Below are positions 9,942-19,905 of a stretch of DNA of 64,000 nucleotides, piece after piece. The notes beneath the pieces were generated by a model, which saw only the letters and a list, made by a program, of their open reading frames with translations, searched no databases and was not told the origin of the DNA. The DNA comes from a virus (taxonomy: Duplodnaviria; Heunggongvirae; Uroviricota; Caudoviricetes), in IMG/VR virus record IMGVR_UViG_3300013021_000001. One strand, 5' to 3'. How positions within the stretch are numbered: position 1 is the stretch's first letter; each line of letters opens with the position of its first letter. The position numbers were made by a program, and so were the translations under genes.

Positions 9942-11183
9942 ATGCACTTCGATGATGAATTTATAAATGAAGTTAAAAGAGCTAATCCTCTAATAGAAAC
10001 TATGTCTGAATATACAAACATTGAAAGAAAAGGGGAGGGTGGTAGGTATAAATGTAACTGCCCACTCCCTAATCATGAGGATAAAAAGACACCATCAATG
10101 ACAATTTTCGATAATGATTCTGCCTATTGTTTTGGTTGTGACACAAACATTATGGATTCCATAGCTCTACTTGAACAGATGGAAGGTCTAAGTTTTCCAG
10201 AAGCAGTTATAAAACTTGCAGAAAGGGCTGGACTTGAAATACCATCTGAAGAAAATGAGAAGTTTAAAAGGGTAAGAAGCCAAAGAGAAGATATGATGCA
10301 GAAGGCAAGAGTTTTTTATAATAATCTGATGAATAAAAAAGAATACTCTTTTGCCAAAGATTACTTGATGAACGAAAGAGGATTAACTAAAGAGGTTATA
10401 GATAAATATAAACTTGGCTATTGTAACGAAGATTTTCTAAATGATGATGAATATAAGAAGTTTACAAACCGTATTATATTTCCTGTATTCAACCACTATG
10501 GAGAAATCTGTGGGTTTTCAGGCAGGAGTTTACCTAAAGACGAAGGTAAATATGCAAAGTATGTAAACAGCAGCAAGACTAAGAATCCTTTATTTAAGAA
10601 AAAGAAATTAATATATGGCCTAGACCTTGCGAAAAAGTCAATCAGGACAAACAACTTTGTAATCTGGTTTGAGGGATATATGGATGTTGCTTCAGCTCAT
10701 AAAGTCGGGGTTGAAAATGTAGTCGCATCAATGGGAATTGCGATTACAGAAGAACAGATAAAATTAATGAGTCGCTTTACAAAAAATATAATACTGTTTC
10801 TTGACGGAGACGATTCCGGAGTTAAAGCTATACATCGTAGTTTAGATTTGTTCGATAAACAAAACATACTACTGAAGATAGTTCACTGCAAAAATAATAT
10901 GGACCCTGATGATATGGCAAATATTATGGGAGCTAAATTTAAAGACTGGATTCTTAAAAATGCAAAAACCCCAGAGCAGTTTTATGCAAATAAATATTTA
11001 GAAGAGTTTAATTTAGAAGTAAATGAAGCTCAAAGAAAAGCAATAGAAAATGTTGCAGAAACTTTTGGAGATAGGCTGGATAGAATTGAGACAGAAATAG
11101 CGCTGAGTTCATTATCTAATAGCTTGGGTATAAGTATTGACGCTTTAAAGAAAAAAGCTGCTTCAGTAAGTGGAGGTGGGTAA
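9942..11183 (+). CDS. dnaG: DNA primase
   Basis: CHC2 zinc finger CNCPLPNHEDKKTPSMTIF…CFGCD. TOPRIM signature ILFLDGDDSGVKA. Confidence 0.8.
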   Translation: MHFDDEFINEVKRANPLIETMSEYTNIERKGEGGRYKCNCPLPNHEDKKTPSMTIFDNDSAYCFGCDTNIMDSIALLEQMEGLSFPEAVIKLAERAGLEIPSEENEKFKRVRSQREDMMQKARVFYNNLMNKKEYSFAKDYLMNERGLTKEVIDKYKLGYCNEDFLNDDEYKKFTNRIIFPVFNHYGEICGFSGRSLPKDEGKYAKYVNSSKTKNPLFKKKKLIYGLDLAKKSIRTNNFVIWFEGYMDVASAHKVGVENVVASMGIAITEEQIKLMSRFTKNIILFLDGDDSGVKAIHRSLDLFDKQNILLKIVHCKNNMDPDDMANIMGAKFKDWILKNAKTPEQFYANKYLEEFNLEVNEAQRKAIENVAETFGDRLDRIETEIALSSLSNSLGISIDALKKKAASVSGGG

Positions 11184-11679
11184 AATTAATATACCAGTAA
11201 CAATTGATGATTTTAACGAAAGAAAATGGAAAGAGGCCAGAAAGTTATGGGAGAAAAAAATAAAGAATGTAACTCTCCCTAAAGACCTGGCTTCTTCGCC
11301 AGAGATGATAGTAAAGGCTGAGTACGAACTGGATTTACTGCACAGTGAGGCTTCGTATCTTTTTAGTAAATACAGAGCAATGTATGAGAATATGGAAGAT
11401 TATATTGATGCAGTTAAGTATGTCTATCGGGATAAAGGCAACAATCCTGAAGAGAGAAAGTCACGAGCATATAAGATGCTGATTTATTATCCTTACGGGA
11501 CAGAAAGAGATGACGCTCAGAACTTAATTGAGATTAGAAATAGAATTAGAGAAAGATATTATTTCTTTAGAGACTTTGTAATAGCAACTATTAAAGCTAA
11601 AAGAGATGCGCTTAATACTGATATTGGTGCAGGTAAGATTGAGTCACAGATTATATCAGGTTATGGAGCAAGTGCTTAA
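11170..11679 (+). CDS. Hypothetical protein
   Basis: GTG start overlapping the dnaG stop. Confidence 0.35.
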   Translation: MEVGKINIPVTIDDFNERKWKEARKLWEKKIKNVTLPKDLASSPEMIVKAEYELDLLHSEASYLFSKYRAMYENMEDYIDAVKYVYRDKGNNPEERKSRAYKMLIYYPYGTERDDAQNLIEIRNRIRERYYFFRDFVIATIKAKRDALNTDIGAGKIESQIISGYGASA

Positions 11680-11685
11680 AGGAGG

Positions 11686-11982
11686 TTGATGTCGTTTGTG
11701 GGATACAGATGTTACAACAAAAGTTTAAAGGGTAAGTTTAAAGTAAGAAAGCATGCTAGAGATAGATTCAAAGATAGGCATGGTAATGAATATATAGGAA
11801 ATAAAAAGATTAAAAATATGGGTAAGCATACCTTAAATCAGAAAATAATTAAGTCAATCAAAAAAAGAAGAGAGAAAATAATCGAGCAAAGAGACGGCTC
11901 TCTTTTAGTTATAACAAAGGACTTTAAAGCTGTTGTGATGCCTGAGTTTTATAACTATGTAATAACTATATTGCCGGATTAA
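11686..11982 (+). CDS. Hypothetical basic protein
   Basis: RBS AAAGGAGG upstream. Confidence 0.35.
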   Translation: MMSFVGYRCYNKSLKGKFKVRKHARDRFKDRHGNEYIGNKKIKNMGKHTLNQKIIKSIKKRREKIIEQRDGSLLVITKDFKAVVMPEFYNYVITILPD

Positions 11983-11994
11983 GGTGGGGATAAA

Positions 11995-12525
11995 ATGATG
12001 GATGTGGATGACTGCGAAAAAGCAGCTCATTGTAAAAATGCAAATGAAAGATGTCTTTTTTGTGATGGACGCTCTCAATATAAAGAAGTTAAATATAAAA
12101 ACTACAACTCAATGAGTAAGTATAAAACGCCCTCTAAAAAGAAGAAAGGGATGGGTTTAGAGGAAAAAGTAAGAACAGAGTATAATCAGTACATGGCTAA
12201 AAGAATGCCCCTATCTGGAGGAATAACAGGTCTTGAGGGCGATGTTAAAACTGTGCACACATTAATTGAATGCAAAGAAAAAAACGTTAAATCAGGTGGC
12301 AAAAAACAAATAACAATTAAAAAAGAATGGCATGACCAAATTGAAGACGAAGCCTTTAATCATGGTTTAATACCTATTTTAATATATGGATTCAATGTTG
12401 AGGGAGAAAGTGATTATGATATGGAGGAGGTGTATTTTTCTACAAAATACGAGTACTTATTAGAACTACTTCATAAAGTAAAATACCTAGAAGAAAAAAT
12501 AAACAGACTAGAAAAGGAAGATTAA
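11995..12525 (+). CDS. Hypothetical protein with N-terminal Cys cluster
   Basis: CEKAAHCKNANERCLFCDG. RBS GGTGGGGA. Confidence 0.35.
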   Translation: MMDVDDCEKAAHCKNANERCLFCDGRSQYKEVKYKNYNSMSKYKTPSKKKKGMGLEEKVRTEYNQYMAKRMPLSGGITGLEGDVKTVHTLIECKEKNVKSGGKKQITIKKEWHDQIEDEAFNHGLIPILIYGFNVEGESDYDMEEVYFSTKYEYLLELLHKVKYLEEKINRLEKED

Positions 12526-12526
12526 A

Positions 12527-12730
12527 ATGGCTAAATACGGTGATGAATTTTTTAGATGTCCAAATTGTAACTATCCTTACTTTAAATTTGATGAAATTTA
12601 CTTGATTGCTAAAGATGTTGGGCTTGATTATCCTACAGCTCAATCAAGAGTTTTAAATAAAAAAACAGTTTTAGTATGTGCCGACTGCGGCAAAAAATAT
12701 ACAAGAGAGGAACTACTTAATAATGAATAA
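12527..12730 (+). CDS. Zinc-ribbon small protein
   Basis: CPNCNYP…CADCGKKY. Confidence 0.4.
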   Translation: MAKYGDEFFRCPNCNYPYFKFDEIYLIAKDVGLDYPTAQSRVLNKKTVLVCADCGKKYTREELLNNE

Positions 12731-13016
12731 CGAAAAAGTTGAAAAAGAAGATGTAAAAAAAGAGGCACTTGAGGGTTTTAAGATGTGGCTTGATGATGTT
12801 GGTATTGGCTCAGAAAATTTTGATGAAGAAATTTATGATACAGTTTTACTGCTATCATTATATCAAAATTACCAATTCCAAGTTGAACAGTACATGAGAA
12901 TGCAGGAAGCTGAGGAGAATAAAAAGGGCAGCAAGTTATTTGTGCCTGAAGATGCTGTAGACAAAAAGAAAAAAGGAAATGGCAAAATAATTAGACCAGA
13001 CTTTGGAAATAAATAA
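12723..13016 (+). CDS. Hypothetical acidic protein
   Basis: Start moved to ATG 12723 (MNNEKVEK), overlapping the previous stop. The track start 12678 lies inside the previous ORF. Confidence 0.35.
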   Translation: MNNEKVEKEDVKKEALEGFKMWLDDVGIGSENFDEEIYDTVLLLSLYQNYQFQVEQYMRMQEAEENKKGSKLFVPEDAVDKKKKGNGKIIRPDFGNK

Positions 13017-13023
13017 AAAAATG

Positions 13024-13046
13024 GCCCGGATAAAACCGGGCTTTTT
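13024..13046. terminator. Bidirectional rho-independent terminator GCCCGG-ATAAAA-CCGGGC + TTTTT
   Basis: 6-bp GC stem with a T-run on the plus strand and an A-run upstream that serves the convergent minus-strand gene. Confidence 0.7.
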
Positions 13047-13047
13047 C

Positions 13048-13458
13048 TTACTGCTTTAAATCAACGTAAACTGTTTTGTGTTCTTCATTAAAAGAAGCTT
13101 TGTATCTTTTTACTATATTGTCTTTTTGTCCTGAAATTTCTGTTATCTTTTCTACAAGTGGGCTTGAAATAACGACTTTAGATTCGCTAGTTTTATTTCC
13201 TTGTTTTTTGGCAGGGTAGCCAAGCTCATCATTGGAGTTAGTACATTCCAAGATAAGATAACGATTGTCATAAAAGCCAAAACGCAGATAGCCAGGACAG
13301 TCTATAAAATAATTTTTGACTAAAGCAGAGTTGAAATAAATCCTGTTTGAAGCATGTTTTGTGCTGACTGAAATAAACTCATCTTTGTTTGAACACTTGC
13401 TATTTTCTTTTTGAGGGTTGAACCAATAAAGTTTATTTTTATCAAATTCATCGCTCAT
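13048..13458 (-). CDS. Hypothetical protein on the opposite strand (moron-like)
   Basis: ATG (complement 13456-13458) preceded by GGAGGATTGATATAT. Ends at the bidirectional terminator. The only minus-strand gene in about 30 kb. Confidence 0.5.
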   Translation of the reverse strand: MSDEFDKNKLYWFNPQKENSKCSNKDEFISVSTKHASNRIYFNSALVKNYFIDCPGYLRFGFYDNRYLILECTNSNDELGYPAKKQGNKTSESKVVISSPLVEKITEISGQKDNIVKRYKASFNEEHKTVYVDLKQ

Positions 13459-13554
13459 AATATATCAATCCTCCAATTTTGCTAGTATTGATATTATAAC
13501 ATTCATAAAAAAGAAATGCAAAAAAACCCAAAAAATATAAAAAGGAGGTGTAAA

Positions 13555-13911
13555 ATGCCTGAAAAACATTGTAAAAACTGTAAGCATTCCAGAAATATAG
13601 AGAGTATTGTTACTGAAGATTTTCAGATAATACCTGAGCTAAATGAATGTTCTAATGCACATGTCACTATTAAATTTATGGAGTCACATGATTGGGACGA
13701 AAGTGAGTTGGCAAAAAATTGCGAACATTATGAACCAAAACCAGTTGGTAAATGTTCAAACTGTGATTATTATATTGCAACACCAATACATCAATGGAGT
13801 ATGTTTGTCAAAACTCTTTATGGAAAAGTTCCCGTTTGTTCAGAAAAATGCAAAGAAGAGCTTGATGAAAAAATGAAAAAATATTTTAAAAAAATTGATA
13901 ATGAAAACTAA
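13555..13911 (+). CDS. Cys-rich hypothetical protein
   Basis: ATG 13555 after AAAAGGAGGTGTAAA. Multiple CxxC pairs (CKNCKHS, CSNCDYY, CSEKC). Confidence 0.4.
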   Translation: MPEKHCKNCKHSRNIESIVTEDFQIIPELNECSNAHVTIKFMESHDWDESELAKNCEHYEPKPVGKCSNCDYYIATPIHQWSMFVKTLYGKVPVCSEKCKEELDEKMKKYFKKIDNEN

Positions 13912-13975
13912 AGAACTTGAATAATTTAGTTTTGTTTGATATACTTAACTTAAGAATAAAAAAGGAGGCTTCAAA

Positions 13976-14749
13976 ATGGAAAATAGAGCTACTGTTTATG
14001 ATATAAATACCGAAGCAAAAGAAAAGGTTGAGGAAATAGATGAGGTCGGAAGCAAGAAAGATTTAGCAACACTTTATTCTAAAGTAGCAAAAATTATGGG
14101 TAAAGTAGGTAAAATAAAAAAGAGTGGTTACAACAAATATGATGATTATGAATATGCAACAGCTGAAGATATTAAAGAAGCGCTAAGGCCATTATGTGCT
14201 GAAGAAAATTTATGGATTTCAAGTGAAGTAAAGGGATACAGCAAAAAGCAGGTCCAAACTCAAAGAGGTAACTCAACAGAAATTGAATTAGGCATGTACT
14301 TTACCTTACGATGTGGTGATACTGGGGCAAAAGTCAAGCTTTTATATTCAGGCTATGCTTTAGACGAAGGCGACAAGCACATCTATAAAGCTTATACGGG
14401 TGCTATTAAATACTTTCTTATCAACAATTTCATGTTGAGCACTGGTGATGACCCTGAAATGGATTCTCCTAAGATTAAACAGGAGGCTCCCAAGCCTAAA
14501 AAGAAAAAAACAAAAAAAGATATTCCAGTTCAGAAAAAAAGCGAGCATAAAGATAATAATATAGAAGAAATTAGACAGCTATGGAAAAAGAACCAATCAA
14601 TAACACAGGATATTGTTTTTGATGAACTCGAAAAAATGGGAAAAGAAAGGGATATAGCCCTTGTTTCTGAGATTAAAGATGAAGAAAAGTTATTAGAAAT
14701 TATAGAAAAAGTAAAAGAAAAAATAAAAGAAGAAAAAATCGAAGATTAA
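13976..14749 (+). CDS. ERF-family single-strand annealing protein
   Basis: KSGYNKYDDYEYATAEDIKEALRPLC resembles the P22 Erf motif …FGKYKYRSCEDILEGVKPLL…. Lys/Glu-rich C-terminal tail. Confidence 0.5.
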   Translation: MENRATVYDINTEAKEKVEEIDEVGSKKDLATLYSKVAKIMGKVGKIKKSGYNKYDDYEYATAEDIKEALRPLCAEENLWISSEVKGYSKKQVQTQRGNSTEIELGMYFTLRCGDTGAKVKLLYSGYALDEGDKHIYKAYTGAIKYFLINNFMLSTGDDPEMDSPKIKQEAPKPKKKKTKKDIPVQKKSEHKDNNIEEIRQLWKKNQSITQDIVFDELEKMGKERDIALVSEIKDEEKLLEIIEKVKEKIKEEKIED

Positions 14750-14794
14750 AGATAAGGAGGGTCTTGTACCTTCCTTATAAAAGGAGGAGATTAA

Positions 14795-15535
14795 ATGTAT
14801 AAAATAGAAGGTTTAATACCGCACTATTTTGATATTGAAACAACAGGATTGTCAGGTCTAGAAGATGATTTTGTTTGTGCAATAATAAGAAAAGAAAATA
14901 AAGTTTTAGATTTTAGAAGTCTTGAAACTTTCCTAAGCTATTGCCAAACTTTATCAGGAGCAATACTTGTAGGTTATAATACACAGACTTATCGTGGAGG
15001 ATTTGACCTGCCATTTTTAAGAACACAGGCTTTAAAAAATAATTTAAAATGGCCTTTTAAAAGCAGAAGACATTTAGATATGATGCCAATTGTTCAAGGA
15101 CACCTTGATACTAAAACTTACGAAGTTAAATTGCCTTCAAAGTCATCACTTAGAAAAGATGACCTAATGGAGCTTGCTTTTGCCAATTCTATTAAGTACA
15201 CAACAACTAAAGACACATATAAAAGATTAATGGAACTTGAGGAAGCAGAAGGATGTGACTGGTGTGGAAGAGATTCAGTAACTACATCAGAATCAAATTC
15301 TCTACAGGATGTTTATATTAACTTCTTTGACCCTAAAAAGGAAGAAGAATATCCATATATAGATGTTGGAGAACTTGTCAACCAGTACAAAAAAGGTGAG
15401 ATTGGTTTTGATGAGTTTCAAGAAACGCAAATAATTCATTGCAGTAATGATGTGAGAAGATTACAGGTTATTACAGAAAATATTTTACCCTTAATGCCTG
15501 AATATATTGTAAATAGAAATATAATGAATCTTTAA
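14795..15535 (+). CDS. DnaQ-like DEDD 3'-5' exonuclease
   Basis: Exo I motif YFDIETTGL near the N-terminus. 246 aa. Confidence 0.5.
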   Translation: MYKIEGLIPHYFDIETTGLSGLEDDFVCAIIRKENKVLDFRSLETFLSYCQTLSGAILVGYNTQTYRGGFDLPFLRTQALKNNLKWPFKSRRHLDMMPIVQGHLDTKTYEVKLPSKSSLRKDDLMELAFANSIKYTTTKDTYKRLMELEEAEGCDWCGRDSVTTSESNSLQDVYINFFDPKKEEEYPYIDVGELVNQYKKGEIGFDEFQETQIIHCSNDVRRLQVITENILPLMPEYIVNRNIMNL

Positions 15536-15541
15536 GAGAGG

Positions 15542-15913
15542 ATGTTTTTGATGTTTTTTGAGCCTATAAGAACCTGGGACGGAAGCGAAATGAACCATTT
15601 AATTTACAGTTGGGAGAGCGAAGGCTCAATGGGCTCTCCCGGTTGTTCAGATATTAATAATAATTTAATATATGAAAATGATATTTTGAAATACAAAAAG
15701 TATATATCAATTTTAAAAAGAGGAAAGTTTAGTTATAATGGAAAGACTTTAAATGGCTGGTACCTTGAATGCTATTACAAGGATAATAAAGTAATCAGTC
15801 CATTTTACCAAAATGAAAATTATGAAATTGTAGGTAATATATTTAAAAATAAAGATTTGTACAATAAAATTAAATTGAGAGAGGAAGTTAGAATAGATGA
15901 TTTTGTCGGATAA
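15542..15913 (+). CDS. Hypothetical protein
   Basis: 123-aa ORF. Confidence 0.3.
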   Translation: MFLMFFEPIRTWDGSEMNHLIYSWESEGSMGSPGCSDINNNLIYENDILKYKKYISILKRGKFSYNGKTLNGWYLECYYKDNKVISPFYQNENYEIVGNIFKNKDLYNKIKLREEVRIDDFVG

Positions 15914-16448
15914 AGATATTAAACGAAACATGGAGGCTGGCTTTATAGATATAAGACCTCTAAAAAAAGAGCAGATTGAACCCGCTTCCGTAGACTTAAG
16001 GCTTGGAAATAGTTTTTCTTTGATTAAAAAAGAAAATGAAATTATAAAATTTAATCAAAAAACAGAATACGAAGAATTAATTTTAGAAAAAGATGAGAAA
16101 TTTATACTAAAACCTCATGAATTTGTTTTGGCTACAACAAAAGAAAGTGTAAGACTTGACGGTAAGATAGCCGCTTTCGTTGAAGGTAGAAGTTCAATTG
16201 GTAGGCTTGGTCTTTTTATTGAGAATGCAGGCTGGGTCGACAACGGCTTCTGGGGTCAAATTACATTAGAGTTATATAATTCCAATGAAATCCCAATCGA
16301 ATTAACTCCGGGAACAAGAATTTGTCAGCTTGTATTTGCAGAAACTAAAAATGTACCTGACAATTTATACAACGGGAAATACAATGGTCAAAACGGAGCA
16401 ACAGGAAGTATGAGTTTCCGTGATAGAGAGTTTGTGAAAAATGGATAA
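15897..16448 (+). CDS. dcd: dCTP deaminase
   Basis: SVDLRLG, ICQLVF and a GQ-containing core typical of Dcd. 183 aa. Confidence 0.75.
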   Translation: MILSDKDIKRNMEAGFIDIRPLKKEQIEPASVDLRLGNSFSLIKKENEIIKFNQKTEYEELILEKDEKFILKPHEFVLATTKESVRLDGKIAAFVEGRSSIGRLGLFIENAGWVDNGFWGQITLELYNSNEIPIELTPGTRICQLVFAETKNVPDNLYNGKYNGQNGATGSMSFRDREFVKNG

Positions 16449-16452
16449 GAAA

Positions 16453-16596
16453 ATGATTAAGATAATCCCAACTCATGACCTAGTTAAAGAGCTTGAAAGA
16501 AATATTGTATTTCAAACATCTAATTACACATTAGAAAGAGAAGAAGAAATAAAATTAATGAAAAAAGAAATTATAGAGAGGGTTGAAAATAAATGA
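16453..16596 (+). CDS. Possible small ORF coupled to groES (47 aa)
   Basis: Stop overlaps the groES ATG (ATGA). RBS weak. Confidence 0.2.
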   Translation: MIKIIPTHDLVKELERNIVFQTSNYTLEREEEIKLMKKEIIERVENK

Positions 16597-16892
16597 TTAA
16601 ACCAATGCATGATTTTATTTTAGTTAAAAGAGAAGAAAAAGAAGGTAAGACAAAAACAAAATCGGGACTTATTATTCCTGAAAAGCAAACTGAAAAATAT
16701 GAAGTTTTAAAAGGAGAGGTAATTGAGGCTGGACCAGGTAGAAAAACTCCTAATTCAAATAAACTAATTGAAACAAGTGTTAATAAAGGTGACGAAATAC
16801 TTTATAAGCAGTATGCAGGTCATAAAATTGAAGTTGACGGAGAAGATTTATGGTTGATAAATGAAAGAGACATTATAGCAACAATAGAGTAA
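16593..16892 (+). CDS. groES: Co-chaperonin GroES / Gp31-like
   Basis: IKP..D.ILVKREE.E.KT.SGLIIPE…G.VIEAGPG…GDEILY..YAG..IE.DGED.WLI.ERDIIA matches GroES over the whole length (99 aa). Confidence 0.75.
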   Translation: MIKPMHDFILVKREEKEGKTKTKSGLIIPEKQTEKYEVLKGEVIEAGPGRKTPNSNKLIETSVNKGDEILYKQYAGHKIEVDGEDLWLINERDIIATIE

Positions 16893-16905
16893 AAGGAGGT
16901 ATTAA

Positions 16906-17490
16906 ATGAATTATTTAAAACACTTTGCAAAACTTAGGAGTAAAGGTTTCAAGCCTAAGATTGATTTAGATTTAGATGTAAAAGGGCCAAAAGAGTTGGG
17001 GGCAAGAATTAAAGTATCACTTACCCTTGATGATATTGGCACTAACACAGCTATTGGTTTTTTATCAGACAAACTTTTAAAAAAAACAGAGATAGAAAAC
17101 AAAATCTCTGAGCTTGTGGTTGAGCTTGTTGATAGTTTTGATATAGGCTTTAGCCTTAAAAAAGATAAAAGTAAAGTTGCTAATATAGAGACTAAAAGGA
17201 AAGAACCGCAAAATGAAAATGAGAAGATTTTAAAATCGGAACTGACTGATGAGGATATGAATAAATGGACAACCAAAAGTAGTATCTTTTATGCAGCAGA
17301 TGTAACAAAACTTCAGGAGTTAAAATCTAAACTAAGACTTAAGACTAACAGCGAGTTAATGCCTTATGTGCATGAATTTTTTGATGATAATTCAAAAAGT
17401 GTAGGAGATATTCTACCAAAGAATATAGAGGATTTTAACGATTTTCTGCAGGGAAAAATAGATTTGGAGGCAGGAGGTAAGGCTGTGTGA
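16906..17490 (+). CDS. Hypothetical protein
   Basis: RBS AAGGAGGTATTAA ATG. Confidence 0.4.
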   Translation: MNYLKHFAKLRSKGFKPKIDLDLDVKGPKELGARIKVSLTLDDIGTNTAIGFLSDKLLKKTEIENKISELVVELVDSFDIGFSLKKDKSKVANIETKRKEPQNENEKILKSELTDEDMNKWTTKSSIFYAADVTKLQELKSKLRLKTNSELMPYVHEFFDDNSKSVGDILPKNIEDFNDFLQGKIDLEAGGKAV

Positions 17491-18170
17491 AAATAGATGA
17501 TATAGTAAGGTGCTTTTTTCTGGTTTTGCACCCAAAGACTGTACCTTCAAAAAAATATGTTAAACAGATATATGAACAGTCAAAAAACTTACTCAGTCAG
17601 GGCTGGACTATAGCCAACATCACAAACAGGATTGTATCTTGCGATATCAACAGCATAGAGGGAGTGCAGAGTTTAAACGATGTTCCATACCTTAATAGCA
17701 CCCCTCCTCTAAAAAAGCCAAATAACCTTCTTGAGGATAAGTTTTATTACAACAGCAGGCTTCATAAAATTTCGGAGCCTGCCTCTCTTGATATTTCAAT
17801 TGAAGGAAAAATAATCGAGAAAAAAGAACCTTTTTATTTGGAGCTTGTTGAGTCTTTTACAGCAGAGGATTTAGTCCAGCATTTTTACGAAAGACTTGAT
17901 ATTAAAGATAAAGATGAGACTCTTTATGATAGAAATAAAAAAAGAATAAATGGATACTTAAAATCTTATGATTTAGATTTATTATTATTTACAATAGACG
18001 AAATAAAAAGGCTTGGAAGTGTAGAGAACTGGGATACAAAAGTTGCTGAGTCGATAATATACTATACAAAAGAAGGTAAAAAAAGAATGGAAAATGTCAA
18101 AAATTCAAGCTCTGGAAAAGTACACCCCTTCTATAAAGCTTACCTAAAGAAGAGGGGTGTAAATAAATGA
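17487..18170 (+). CDS. Hypothetical protein
   Basis: Start overlaps the upstream stop. 227 aa. Confidence 0.35.
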   Translation: MKIDDIVRCFFLVLHPKTVPSKKYVKQIYEQSKNLLSQGWTIANITNRIVSCDINSIEGVQSLNDVPYLNSTPPLKKPNNLLEDKFYYNSRLHKISEPASLDISIEGKIIEKKEPFYLELVESFTAEDLVQHFYERLDIKDKDETLYDRNKKRINGYLKSYDLDLLLFTIDEIKRLGSVENWDTKVAESIIYYTKEGKKRMENVKNSSSGKVHPFYKAYLKKRGVNK

Positions 18171-19297
18171 GCACAACTGCAATAGAAAACTTTTTAGAAA
18201 GTGAAGAGGAGTATGATTTTCAAAAATGGTTAGAAGAAGAAATAGATATAGAAGAAGATACTCCAGAAAAGGAGATAGAAAAAGAAGATATTCCTATAGA
18301 AGATTTATTAGTCAATTCAAATATCAAACCAGATGAGTTAAATGACATAGAAAAAGAAATGTACTATACAATTTTAAATTCCGACAAGGTAGCCTGGGAA
18401 AGAGGCGAAGGTTTCTCTACAGGGTTTAAACTTTTAGATGATAAATTTATGGGTATTCAGTCAGGTTTAGTATTTGTCGGAGCTCAGTCCAATGTTGGTA
18501 AATCAAGTTTTTTGTTATATGTAGCTAACCAATCATCTATTGCTGGTGATGTTTACAGCTTATATTTTTCTTTTGATGATGGTAGTAAGGATTTACTGCC
18601 AAGAATTGTTGCATCTGAAAAAAATATACCTATTAACGCAATCAGACTTCCTGAAAGGTATTTAGATTATCCAACGATACTTGAGAAAAGGAAAGATGGA
18701 ATTAGGGATTTGTATTCTTCTTTAGACAGGTTTAAAATCATCGACCAGGACAAAGGTAAATCGATTGAGCTTGTAGAGAAGGAAGTTGAAAAGCACCTAA
18801 ATTATTTAGAGGAGATAGGTTCTGACAGAAAGCTTTTTGTTCAGATTGACAACTTTCATGACCTTACATCAGAAGATAAGACATACTACAGCGAAAAAGA
18901 AAAATACAGCGACATAGCTGATAGATTAAGAAACTTATCAGAGAAATTTAATATTCCAATCTGGTGCACAGCTGAACTACGAAAGGGCTCATCTGGCCAC
19001 ACAAATGTTAGACCGGTAAAAGAGGATATCAAGGAAGCTGGAAAGATTGTTTACAGAGCAACAGCCTGCCTTATGCTTTACAATGAGGTTGGTTTAGAGC
19101 AGCAGAACGCAGCTGTCTTTTATAGAAGTCAGGATAGACCAGGTAAAAATCCTATAGTTGAAGTTCATTTCGACAAAAATAAACAAAGTTCATATAAAGG
19201 AAGGCTTTATTATAAGTTCGTTCCTGAATATGCATTATTTGTCGAGGCAACAGAAGGAGAAGTTGAGTATTACAACAATTTGATTTATCAAAATTAA
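18167..19297 (+). CDS. DnaB-family replicative helicase (RecA-like C-terminal domain)
   Basis: TGF..LD…G.Q.G.L…GAQSNVGKSSFLLYVA (Walker A). IQIDNFHDL corresponds to the DnaB H3 motif VxIDYLQL. IPIWCTAELRKG corresponds to the DnaB H4 motif PVIALSQLNR. Confidence 0.6.
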   Translation: MSTTAIENFLESEEEYDFQKWLEEEIDIEEDTPEKEIEKEDIPIEDLLVNSNIKPDELNDIEKEMYYTILNSDKVAWERGEGFSTGFKLLDDKFMGIQSGLVFVGAQSNVGKSSFLLYVANQSSIAGDVYSLYFSFDDGSKDLLPRIVASEKNIPINAIRLPERYLDYPTILEKRKDGIRDLYSSLDRFKIIDQDKGKSIELVEKEVEKHLNYLEEIGSDRKLFVQIDNFHDLTSEDKTYYSEKEKYSDIADRLRNLSEKFNIPIWCTAELRKGSSGHTNVRPVKEDIKEAGKIVYRATACLMLYNEVGLEQQNAAVFYRSQDRPGKNPIVEVHFDKNKQSSYKGRLYYKFVPEYALFVEATEGEVEYYNNLIYQN

Positions 19298-19370
19298 AGC
19301 TTATTCACTTTGTTGTCGAATTATGTAATAAATTGCTATTTAAAATTTGATGAAATTGTGATTATGACCC

Positions 19371-19399
19371 TTGCAAAACATATGTTTATGTGTTAATAT
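19371..19399 (+). promoter_or_regulatory. Sigma-A-like promoter TTGCAA-17-TAATAT
   Basis: Near-consensus -35/-10 with 17-bp spacer about 20 bp upstream of RBS AAGGAGGTG and ATG 19418. Confidence 0.4.
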
Positions 19400-19417
19400 T
19401 AAGGAGGTGCTTACCCG

Positions 19418-19651
19418 ATGGGTGTAGCAGAAAAACATGAAGAATTTGAAGGTCCGTTCGGAGAAAGAGTAATTAGGTATAAGGATGGCTACTATGAAGG
19501 CATTGAGTGCTCTCAGTACGCCCCTTGTCCTATTGATTATAGATGTGAAAATAAGAATAGTAAGTATGAATGGTGTAGAAGATGCAAAGTCCTTACCTGT
19601 TCTCACTCAACCAAAGAAAAGAATTTGCTTATTAGAAAGGTGGAGGAGTAA
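19418..19651 (+). CDS. Cys-rich small protein
   Basis: Strong RBS. Multiple Cys/His (CSQYAPCPIDYRCEN…CRRCKVLTCSH). Confidence 0.45.
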   Translation: MGVAEKHEEFEGPFGERVIRYKDGYYEGIECSQYAPCPIDYRCENKNSKYEWCRRCKVLTCSHSTKEKNLLIRKVEE

Positions 19652-19905
19652 TGAGAGAGGACTTAAAAAAAGAAGTAGAGGAGAAGTTGAGTTTTATAAA
19701 CAACACATTCAAACAGAGCGATATAGACCTTAAGGTCTACGCTACAGCAGATGAGTGTGAAGAGGAGAAACTAGATTTGTATAAATGTCCTGAATGCGGT
19801 GATTTTTTCTCAAATAAACTCGGAGATGAAGATTACGAAAAGCTCCAGTGTCCTAGTTGTGAGACTGAGTTCAAGATTGAGAGGGAAAAAGATGATACAA
19901 AATAG
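19651..19905 (+). CDS. Zinc-ribbon small protein
   Basis: CPECGDFF…CPSCE. ATGA-type overlap with the upstream gene. Confidence 0.4.
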   Translation: MREDLKKEVEEKLSFINNTFKQSDIDLKVYATADECEEEKLDLYKCPECGDFFSNKLGDEDYEKLQCPSCETEFKIEREKDDTK

